Below, one piece after another: positions 36,901 through 48,900 of a stretch of DNA of 64,000 bases (its first letter is position 1; every line of letters begins with the position of its first letter). The stretch lies in NCBI RefSeq assembly GCF_009914755.1, contig NC_060943.1; one strand, given 5' to 3'. The position numbers were made by a program, and so were the translations under genes. Below the pieces are notes generated by a model. The model saw only the letters and a program-made list of their open reading frames with translations. It ran no database searches and had not been told where the DNA came from. The DNA is from the human T2T-CHM13v2.0 reference genome, Homo sapiens.

Positions 36901-39900
36901 ATTATGCTAGACAGAAGACTTCTCAGTAACTTCCTTGTATTGTGTGTATTCAACTCACAGAGTTGAACGATCCTTTACACAGAGCAGACTTGAAACACTC
37001 TTTTTGTGGAATTTGCAAGTGGAGATTTCAGCCGCTTTGAGGTCAATGGTAGAATAGGAAATATCTTCCTATAGAAACTAGACAGAATGATTCTCAGAAA
37101 CTCCTTTGTGATGTGTGCGTTCAACTCACAGAGTTTAACCTTTCTTTTCATAGTGCAGTTAGGAAACACTCTGTTTGTAAAGTCTGCAAGTGGATATTCA
37201 GACCTCCTTGAGGCCTTCGTTGGAAACGGGATTTCTTCATATTATGCTAGATAGAAGAATTCTCAGTAACTTCCCTGTGTTGTGTGTATTCAACTCACAG
37301 AGTTGAACGATCCGTTACACAGAGCATACTTGAAACACTCTTTTTGTGGAATTTGCAAGTGGAGATTTCAGCCGCTTTGAGGTCAATGGTAGAATAGGAA
37401 ATATCTTCCTATAGAAACTAGACAGAATGATTCTCAGAAACTCCTTTGTGATGTGTGCGTTCAACTCACAGAGTTTAACCTTTCTTTTCATAGAGCAGTT
37501 AGGAAACACTCTGTTTGTAAAGTCTGCAAGTGGATATTCAGACATCTTTGAGGCTTTCTTTGGAAACGGGATTTCTTCATATTCTGCTATACAGAAGAAT
37601 TCTCAGAAACTTCCTTGTGTTGTGTGTTTTCAACTCACAGAGTTCAACGATCCTTTACACAGAGTAGACTTGAAACACTGTTTTTGTGGAATTGGCAAGT
37701 GGAGATTTCAGCCGCTATGAGGTCAATGGTAGAAAAGGAAATATCTTCGTATAAAAACTAGACAGAGTGATTCTCAGAAACTCCTTTGTGATGTCTGCGT
37801 TCAACTGACTGAGTTTAACCTTTCTTTTCATAGAGCAGTTAGGAAACACTCTGTTTGAAAAGTCTGCAAGTGGATACTCACACCTCCTTGAGGCCTTCGA
37901 TGGAAACGGGATTTCTTCATATTATGCTAGACAGAGGAATTCTCAGTAACTTCCTTGTGTTGTGTGTATTCAACTCACAGAGTTGAACGATCCTTTACAC
38001 AGAGCAGACTTGAAACACTCTTTTTGTGGAATTTGCAAGTGGAGATTTCAGCCGCTTTGAGGTCAATGGTAGAATAGGAAATATCTTCCTACAGAAACTA
38101 GACAGAATGATTCTCAGAAACTCCTTTGTGATGTGTGCGTTCAACTCACAGAGTTTAACCTTTCTTTTCATAGAGCAGTTAGGAAACACTCTGTTTGTAA
38201 TGTCTGCAAGTGGATATTCAGACATCTTTGAGGCTTTCGTTGGAAACGGGATTTCTTCATATTCTGCTATACAGAAGAATTCTCAGAAACTTCCTTGTGT
38301 TGTGTGTTTTCAACTCACAGAGTTCAACGATCCTTTACACAGAGTAGACTTGAAGCACTGTTTTTGTGGAATTGGCAAGTGGAGATTTCAGCCGCTTTGA
38401 GGTCAATGGTAGAAAAGGAAATATCTTCGTATAAAAACTAGACAGAGTGATTCTCAGAAACTCCTTTGTGGTGTCTGCGTTCAACTGACAGAGTTTAACC
38501 TTTCTTTTCATAGAGCAGTTAGGAAACACTCTGTTTGTAAAGTCTGCAAGTGGATATTCAGACCTCCTTGAGGCCTTCGTTGGAAACGGGATTTCTTCAT
38601 ATTCTGCTATACAGAAGAATTCTCAGAAACTTCCTTGTGTTGTGTGTATTCAACTCACAGAGTTGAACGATCCTTTACACAGAGCAGACTTGAAACACTC
38701 TTTTTGTGGAATTGGCAAGTGGAGATTTCAGCCGCTTTGAGGTCAATGGTAGAAAAGGAAATATCTTCGTATAAAAACTAGACAGAATGATTCTCAGAAA
38801 CTCCTTTGTGATGTGTGCGTTCAACTCACAGAGTTTAACCTTTCTTTTCATAGAGCAGTTAGGAAACACTCTGTTTGTAAAGTCTGCAAGTGGATATTCA
38901 GACATCTTGGAGGCCTTCGTTGGAAACGGGATTTCTTCATATTATGTTAGACAGAAGAATTCTCAGTAACTTCCTTGTGTTGTGTGTATTCAACTCACAG
39001 AGTTGAACGATCCTTTACACAGAGCAGACTTGATACACTCTTTTTGTGGAATTTGCAAGTGGAGATTTCAGCCGCTTTGAGGTCAATGGTAGAAAAGGAA
39101 ATATCTTCGTATAAAAACTAGACAGAATGATTCTCAGAAACTCCTTTGTGATGTGTGCGTTCAACTCACAGAGTTTAATCTTTCTTTTCATAGAGCAGTT
39201 AGGAAACACTCTGTTTGTAAAGTCTGCAAGTGGATATTCAGACCTCCTTGAGGCCTCCGTTGGAAACGGGATTTCTTCATATTCTGCTACAGAGAAGAAT
39301 TCTCAGTAACTTCCTTGTGTTGTGTGTATTCAACTCACAGAGTTGAACGATCCTTTACACAGAGCAGACTTGAAACACTCTTTTTGTGGAATTTGCAAGT
39401 GGAGATTTCAGCCGCTTTGAGGTCAATGGTAGAATAGGAAATATCTTCCTATAGAAACTAGACAGAATGATTCTCAGAAACTCCTTTGTGATGTGTGCGT
39501 TCAACTCACAGAGTTTAACCTTTCTTTTCATAGAGCAGTTAGGAAACACTCTGTTTGTAAAGTCTGCAAGTGGATATTTAGACATCTTTGTGGATTTCGT
39601 TGGAAACGGGATTTCTTCATATTCTGCTATACAGAAGAATTCTCAGAAACTTCCTTGTGTTGTGTGTTTTCAACTCACAGAGTTCAACGATCCTTTACAC
39701 AGAGGAGACTTGAAACACTCTTTTTATGGAATTTGCAAGTGGAGATTTCAGCCGCTTTGAGGTCAATGGTAGAATAGGAAATATCTTCCTATAGAAACTA
39801 GACAGAATGATTCTCAGAAACTCCTTTGTGATGTGTGCGTTCAACTCACAGAGTTTAACCTTTCTTTTCATAGAGCAGTTAGGAAACACTCTGTTTGTAA

Positions 39901-42900
39901 AGTCTGCAAGTGGATATTCAGACCTCCTTGACGCCTTCGTTGGAAACGGGATTTCTTCATATTATACTAGACAGAAGAATTCTCAGTAACTTCCTTGTGT
40001 TGTGTGTATTCAACTCACAGAGTTGAACGATCCTTTACACAGAGCAGACTTGAAACACTCTTTTTGTGGAATTTGCAACTGGAGATTTCAGCCGCTTTGA
40101 GGTCAATGGTAGAATAGGAAATATCTTCCTATAGAAACTAGACAGAATGATTCTCAGAAACTCCTTTGTGATGTGTGCGTTCAACTCACAGAGTTTAACC
40201 TTTCTTTTCATAGAGCAGTTAGGAAACACTCTGTTTGTAAAGTCTGCAAGTGGATATTCAGACCTCCTTGAGGCCTTCGTTGGAAACGGGATTTCTTCAT
40301 ATTATGCTAGACAGAAGAATTCTCAGTAACTTCCTTGTGTTGTGTGTATTCAACTCACAGAGTTGAACGATCCTTTACACAGAGCAGACTTGAAACACTC
40401 TTTTTGTGGAATTTGCAACTGGAGATTTCAGCCGCTTTGAGGTCAATGGTAGAATAGGAAATATCTTCCTATAGAAACTAGACAGAATGATTCTCAGAAA
40501 CTCCTTTGTGATGTGTGCGTTCAACTCACAGAGTTTAACCTTTCTTTTCATAGAGCAGTTAGGAAACACTCTGTTTGTAAAGTCTGCAAGTGGATATTCA
40601 GACCTCCTTGAGGCCTTTGTTGGAAACGGGTTTTCTTCATATTATGCTAGACAGAAGAATTCTCAGTAACTTCCTTGTGTTGTGTGTATTCGACTCACAG
40701 AGTTGAACGATCCTTTACACAGAGCATACTTGAAACACTCTTTTTGTGGAATTTGCAAGTGGAGATTTCAGCCGCTTTGAGGTCAATGGTAGAAAAGGAA
40801 ATATCTTCGTATAAAAACTAGACAGAGTGATTCTCAGAAACTCCTTTGTGATGTCTGCGTTCAACTGACAGAGTTTAACCTTTCTTTTCATAGAGCAGTT
40901 AGGAAACACTCTGTTTGTAAAGTCTGCAAGTGGATATTCAGATCTCCTTGAGGCCTTCGTTGGAAACAGGATTTCTTTATATTCTGCTATACAGAAGAAT
41001 TCTCAGAAACTTCCTTGTGTTGTGTGTATTCAACTCACAGAGTTGAACGATCCTTTACACAGAGCAGACTTGAAACACTCTTTTTGTGGAATTGGCAAGT
41101 GGAGATTTCAGCCGCTTTGAGGTCAATGGCAGAAAAGGAAATATCTTCGTATAAAAACTAGACAGAATGATTCTCAGAAACTCCTTTGTGATGTGTGCGT
41201 TCAACTCACAGAGTTTAACCTTTCTTTTCATAGAGCAGTTAGGAAACACTCTGTTTGTAAAGTCTGCAAGTGGATATTCAGACATCTTTGAGGCCTTCGT
41301 TGGAAATGGGATTTCTTCATATTATGTTAGACAGAAGAATTCTCAGTAACTTCCTTGTGCTGTGTGTATTCAACTCACAGAGTTGAACGATCCTTTACAC
41401 AGAGCAGACTTGATACACTCTTTTTGTGGAATTTGCAAGTGGAGATTTCAGCCGCTTTGAGGTCAATGGTAGAAAAGGAAATATCTTCGTATAAAAACTA
41501 GACAGAATGATTCTCAGAAACTCCTTTGTGCTGTGTGCGTTCAACTCACAGAGTTTAACCTTTCTTTTCATAGAGCAGTTAGGAAACACTCTGTTTGTAA
41601 AGTCTGCAAGTGGATATTTAGACATCTTTGTGGATTTCGTTGGAAACGGGATTTCTTCATATTCTGCTATACAGAAGAATTCTCAGAAACTTCCTTGTGT
41701 TGTGTGTATTCAACTCACAGAGTTCAACGATAGTTTACACAGAGCAGACTTGAAACACTCTTTTTGTGTAATTTGCAAGTGGAGATTTCAGCCGCTTCGA
41801 GGTCAATGGTAGAAAAGGAAATATCTTCGTATAAAAACTAGACAGAATGATTCTCAGAAACTCCTTTGTGATGTGTGCGTTTAACTCACAGAGTTTAACC
41901 TTTCTCTTCATAGAGCAGTTAGGAAACACTGTGTTTGTAAAGTCTGCAAGTGGATATTCAGACCTCCTTGAGGCCTTCGTTGGAAACGGGATTTCTTCAT
42001 ATTATGCTAGACAGAAGAATTCTCGGTAACTTCCTTGTGTTGTGTGTATTCAACTCACAGAGTTGAACGATCCTTTACACAGAGCAGACTTGAAACACTC
42101 TTGTTGTGGAATTTGCAAGTGGAGATTTCAGCCGCTTTGAGGTCAATGGTAGAATAGGAAATATCTTCTTATAGAAATTAGACAGAATGATTCTCAGAAA
42201 CTCCTTTGTGATGTGAGCGTTCAACTCACACAGTTTAACCTTTCTTTTCATAGAGCAGTTAGGAAACACTCTGTTTGTAAAGTCTGCAGGTGGATATTCA
42301 GACATCTTTGAGGCTTTCGTTGGAAACGGCATTTCTTCATATTCTGCTATACAGAAGAATTCTCAGAAACTTCCTTGTGTTGTGTGTTTTCAACTCACAG
42401 AGTTGAACGATCCTTTACACAAAGCAGACTTGAAACACTCTTTTTGTGGAATTTGCAAGTGGACATTTCAGCCGCTTTGAGGTCAATGGTAGAAAAGGAA
42501 ATATCTTCGTATAAAAACTAGACAGAATGATTCTCAGAAACTCCTTTGTGATGTGTGCGTTCAACTCACAGAGTTTAACCTTTCTTTTCATAGAGCAGTT
42601 AGGAAACACTCTGTTTGTAAAGTCTGCAAGTGGGTATTCAGACATCTTTGAGGCTTTCGTTGGAAACGGGATTTCTTCATATTCTGCTAGACAGAAGAAT
42701 TCTCAGAAACTTCCTTGTGTTGTGTGTTTTCAACTCACAGAGTTGAACGATGCTTTACACAGAGTCGACTTGAAACACTGTTTTTGTGTAATTTGCAAGT
42801 GGAGATTTCAGCCGCTTTGAGGTCAATGGTAGAAAAGGAAATATCTTCGTATAAAAACTGGACAGAATGATTCTCAGAAACTCCTTTGTGATGTGTGCGT

Positions 42901-45900
42901 TCAACACACAGAGTTTAACCTTTCTTTTCAAAGAGCAGTTAGGAAACACTCTGTTTGTAAAGTCTGCAAGTGGATATTCAGACCTCCTTGAGGCCTTTGT
43001 TGGAAACGGGTTTTCTTCATATTATGCTAGACAGAAGAATTCTCAGTAACTTCCTTGTGTTGTGTGTATTCGACTCACAGAGTTGAACGATCCTTTACAC
43101 AGAGCATACTTGAAACACTCTTTTTGTGGAATTTGCAAGTGGAGATTTCAGCCGCTTTGAGGTCAATGGTAGAATAGGAAATATCTTCCTATAGAAACTA
43201 GACAGAATGATTCTCAGAAACTCCTTTGTGATGTGTGCGTTCAACTCACAGAGTTTAACCTTTCTTTTCATAGAGCAGTTAGGAAACACTCTGTTTGTAA
43301 AGTCTGCAAGTGGATATTGAGACCTCCTTGAGGCCTTCGTTGGAAACGGGATTTCTTCATATTATGTTAGACAGAAGAATTCTCAGTAACTTCCTTGTGC
43401 TGTGTTTATTCAACTCACAGAGTTGAACGATCCTTTACACAGAGCAGACTTGATACACTCTTTTTGTGGAATTTGCAAGTGGAGATTTCAGCCGCTTTGA
43501 GGTCAATGGTAGAAAAGGAAATATCTTCGTATAAAAACTAGACAGAATGATTCTCAGAAACTCCTTTGTGATGTGTGCGTTCAACTCACAGAGTTTAACC
43601 TTTCTTTTCATAGAGCAGTTAGGAAACACTCTGTTTGTAACGTCTGCAAGTGGATATTCAGACCTCCTTGAGGCCTTCGTTGGAAACGGGATTTCTTCAT
43701 ATTCTGCTACAGAGAAGAAGTCTCAGTAACTTCCTTGTGTTGTGTGTATTCAACTCACAGAGTTGAACGATACTTTACACAGAGCAGACTTGAAACACTC
43801 TTTTTGTGGAATTTGCAACTGGAGATTTCAGCCGCTTTGAGGTCAATGGTAGAATAGGAAATATCTTCCTATAGAAACTAGACAGAATGATTCTCAGAAA
43901 CTCCTTTGTGATGTGTGCGTTCAACTCACAGAGTTTAACCTTTCTTTTCATAGAGCAGTTAGGAAACACTCTGTTTGTAAAGTCTGCAAGTGGATATTTA
44001 GACATCTTTGTGGATTTCGTTGGAAACGGGATTTCTTCATATTCAGCTATACAGAAGAATTCTCAGAAACTTCCTTGTGTTGTGTGTTTTCAACTCACAG
44101 AGTTCAACGATCCTTTACACAGAGCAGACTTGAAACACTCTTTTTGTGGAATTTGCAAGTGGAGATTTCAGCCGCTTTGAGGTCAATGGTAGAATAGGAA
44201 ATATCTTCCTATAGAACCTAGACAGAATGATTCTCAGAAACTCCTTTGTGATGTGTGCGTTCAACTCACAGAGTTTAACCTTTCTTTTCATAGAGCAGTT
44301 AGGAAACACACTGTTTGTAAAGTCTGCAAGTGGATATTCAGACCTCCTTGAGGCCTTCGTTGGAAACGGGATTTCTTCATATTATGCTAGACAAAAGAAT
44401 TCTCAGTACCTTCCTTGTGTTGTGTGTATTCAACTCACAGAGTTGAACGATCCTTTACACAGAGCATACTTGAAACACTCTTGTTGTGGAATTTGCAAGT
44501 GGAGATTTCAGCCGCTTTGAGGTCAATGGTAGAATAGGAAATATCTTCCTATAGAAACTAGACAGAATGATTCTCAGAAACTCCTTTGTGATGTGTGCGT
44601 TGAACTCACAGGGTTTAACCTTTCTTTTCATAGAGCAGTTAGGAAACACTCTCTTTGTAAAGTCTGGAAGTGGATATTCAGACCTCCTTGAGGCCTTCGT
44701 TGGAAACGGGATTTCTTCATATTATGCTAGACAGAAGACTTCTCAGTAACTTCCTTGTATTGTGTGTATTCAACTCACAGAGTTGAACGATCCTTTACAC
44801 AGAGCAGACTTGAAACACTCTTTTTGTGGAATTTGCAAGTGGAGATTTCCGCCGCTTTGAGGTCAATGGTAGAATAGGAAATATCTTCCTATAGAAACTA
44901 GACAGAATGATTCTCAGAAACTCCTTTGTGATGTGTGCGTTCAACTCACAGAGTTTAACCTTTCTTTTCATAGAGCAGTTAGGAAACACTCTGTTTGTAA
45001 AGTCTGCAAGTGGATATTCAGACCTCCTTGAGGCCTTCTTTGGAAACGGGATTTCTTCTTATTATGCTAGACAAAAGAATTCTCAGTAACTTCCTTGTGT
45101 TGTGTGTATTCAACTCACAGAGTTGAACGAACCTTTACACAGAGCAGACTTGAAACACTCTTTTTGTGGAATTTGCAAGTGGAGATTTCCGCCGCTTTGA
45201 GGTCAATGGTAGAATAGGATATATCTTCCTATAGAAACTAGACAGAATGATTCTCAGAAACTCCTTTGTGATGTGTGCGTTCAACTCACAGAGTTTAACC
45301 TTTCTTTTCATAGAGCAGTTAAGAAACACTCTGTTTGTAAAGTCTGCAAGTGGATATTCAGACATCATTGAGGCTTTCGTTGGAAACGGGATTTCTTCAT
45401 ATTCTGCTATACAGAAGAATTCTCAGAAACTTCCTTGTGTTGTGTGTTTTCAACTCACAGAGTTCAACGATCCTTTACACAGAGTAGACTTGAAACAATG
45501 TTTTTGTGGAACTGGCAAGTGGAGATTTCAGCCGCTTTGAGGTCAATGGTAGAAAAGGAAATATCTTCGTATAAAAACTAGACAGAGTGATTCTCAGAAA
45601 CTCCTTTGTGATGTCTGCGTTCAACTGACAGAGTTTAACCTTTCTTTTCATAGAGCAGTTAGGAAACACTCTGTTTGTAAAGTCTGCAAGTGGATATTCA
45701 GATCTCCTTGAGGCCTTCGTTGGAAACAGGATTTCTTTATATTCTGCTATACAGAAGAATTCTCAGAAACTTCCTTGTGTTGTGTGTATTCAACTCACAG
45801 AGTTGAACGATCCTTTACACAGAGCAGACTTGAAACACTCTTTTTGTGGAATTGGCAAGTGGAGATTTCAGCCGCTTTGAGGTCAATGGCAGAAAAGGAA

Positions 45901-48900
45901 ATATCTTCGTATAAAAACTAGACAGAATGATTCTCAGAAACTCCTTTGTGATGTGTGCGTTCAACTCACAGAGTTTAACCTTTCTTTTCATAGAGCAGTT
46001 AGGAAACACTCAGTTTGTAAAGTCTGCAAGTGGATATTCAGACATCTTTGAGGCCTTCGTTGGAAACGGGATTTCTTCATATTATGTTAGACAGAAGAAT
46101 TCTCAGTAACTTCCTTGTGCTGTGTGTATTCAACTCACAGAGTTGAACGATCCTTTACACAGAGCAGACTTGATACACTCTTTTTGTGGAATTTGCAAGT
46201 GGAGATTTCAGCCGCTTTGAGGTCAATGGTAGAAAAGGAAATATCTTCGTATAAAAACTAGACAGAATGATTCTCAGAAACTCCTTTGTGCTGTGTGCGT
46301 TCAACTCACAGAGTTTAACCTTTCTTTTCATAGAGCAGTTAGGAAACACTCTGTTTGTAAAGTCTGCGAGTGGATATTTAGACATCTTTGTGGATTTCGT
46401 TGGAAACGGGATTTCTTCATATTCTGCTATACAGAAGAATTCTCAGAAACTTCCTTGTGTTGTGTGTATTCAACTCACAGAGTTCAACGATAGTTTACAC
46501 AGAGCAGACTTGAAACACTCTTTTTGTGTAATTTGCAAGTGGAGATTTCAGCCGCTTCGAGGTCAATGGTAGAAAAGGAAATATCTTCGTATAAAAACTA
46601 GACAGAATGATTCTCAGAAACTCCTTTGTGATGTGTGCGTTTAACTCACAGAGTTTAACCTTTCTCTTCATAGAGCAGTTAGGAAACACTCTGTTTGTAA
46701 AGTCTGCAAGTGGATATTCAGACCTCCTTGAGGCCTTCGTTGGAAACGGGATTTCTTCATATTATGCTAGACAGAAGAATTCTCGGTAACTTCCTTGTGT
46801 TGTGTGTATTCAACTCACAGAGTTGAACGATCCTTTACACAGAGCAGACTTGAAACACTCTTGTTGTGGAATTTGCAAGTGGAGATTTCAGCCGCTTTGA
46901 GGTCAATGGTAGAATAGGAAATATCTTCTTATAGAAATTAGACAGAATGATTCTCAGAAACTCCTTTGTGATGTGAGCGTTCAACTCACACAGTTTAACC
47001 TTTCTTTTCATAGAGTAGTTAGGAAACACTCTGTTTGTAAAGTCTGCATGTGGATATTCAGACGTCCTTGAGACCTTCGTTGGAAACGGGATTTCTTCAT
47101 ATTATGCTAGACAGAAGAATTCTCAGTAACTTCCTTGTATTGTGTGTATTCAATTCACAGAGTTGAACGATCCTTTACACAGAGCAGACTTGAAACATTC
47201 TTTTTGTGGAATTTGCAAGTGGAGATTTCAGCCGCTTTGAGGTCAATGGTAGAATAGGAAATATCTTCCTATAGAAACTAGACAGAATGATTCTCAGAAA
47301 CTCCTTTGTGATGTGTGCGTTCAACTCACAGAGATTAACCTTTCTTTTCATAGAGCAGTTAGGAAACACTCTGTTTGTAAAGTCTGCAAGTGGATATTCA
47401 GACATCTTTGAGGCTTTCGTTGGAAACGGGATTTCTTCATATTCTGCTATACAGAAGAATTCTCAGAAACTTCCTTGTGTTGTGTGTTTCCAAGTCACAG
47501 AGTTGAACGATGCTTTACACAGAGTAGACTTGAAACACTCTTTTTGTGGAATTTGCAAGTGGAGATTTCAGCCGCTTTGAGGTCAATGGTAGAAAAGGAA
47601 ATATCTTCGTATAAAAACTAGACAGAATGATTCTCAGAAACTCCGTTGTGATGTGTGCGTTCAACTCACAGAGTTTAACCTTTCTTTTCATAGAGCAGTT
47701 AGGAAACACTCTGTTTGTAAAGTCTGCAAGTGGATATTCAGACCTCTTTGAGGCCTTCGTTGGAAACGGGATTTCTTCATATTCTGCTACAGAGAAGAAT
47801 TCTCAGTAACTTCCTTGTGTTGTGTGTATTCAACTCACAGAGTTCAACGATCCTTTACACAGAGCAGACTTGAAACACTGTTTTTGTGGAATTTGCAAGT
47901 GGAGATTTCAGCCGCTTTGAGGTCAATGGTAGAAAAGGAAATATCTTCCTATAAAAATTAGACCGAGTGATTCTCAGAAACTCCTTTGTGATGTCTGCGT
48001 TCAACTGACAGAGTTTAACCTTTCTTTTCATAGAGCAGTTAGGAAACACTCTGTTTGTAAAGTCTGCAAGTGGATATTCAGACCTCCTTGAGGCCTTCGT
48101 TGGAAACGGGATTTCTTCATATTATGCTAGACAGAAGAATTGTCAGTAACTTCCTTGTGTTGTGTGTATTCAACTCACAGAGTTGAACGATCCTTTACAC
48201 AGAGCAGATTTGAAACACTCTTTTTATGGAATTTGCAAGTGGAGATTTCAGCCGCTTTGAGGTCAATGGTAGAATAGGAAATATCTTCCTACAGAAACTA
48301 GACAGAATGATTCTCAGAAACTCCTTTGTGATGTGTGCGTTCAACTCACAGAGTTTAACCTTTCTTTTCATAGAGCAGTTAGGAAACACTCTGTTTGTAA
48401 AGTCTGCAGGTGGATATTCAGACATCTTTGAGGCTTTCGTTGGAAACGGCATTTCTTCATATTCTGCTATACAGAAGAATTCTCAGAAACTTCCTTGTGT
48501 TGTGTGTTTTCAACTCACAGAGTTGAACGATCCTTTACACAGAGCAGACTTGAAACACTCTTTTTGTGGAATTTGCAAGTGGACATTTCAGCCGCTTTGA
48601 GGTCAATGGTAGAAAAGGAAATATCTTCGTATAAAAACTAGACAGAATGATTCTCAGAAACTCCTTTGTGATGTGTGCGTTCAACTCACAGAGTTTAACC
48701 TTTCTTTTCATAGAGCAGTTAGGAAACACTCTGTTTGTAAAGTCTGCAAGTGGATATTCAGACATCTTTGAGGCTTTCGTTGGAAACGGGATTTCTTCAT
48801 ATTCTGCTAGACAGAAGAATTCTCAGAAACTTCCTTGTGTTGTGTGTTTTCAACTCACAGAGTTGAACGATGCTTTACACAGAGTCGACTTGAAACACTG

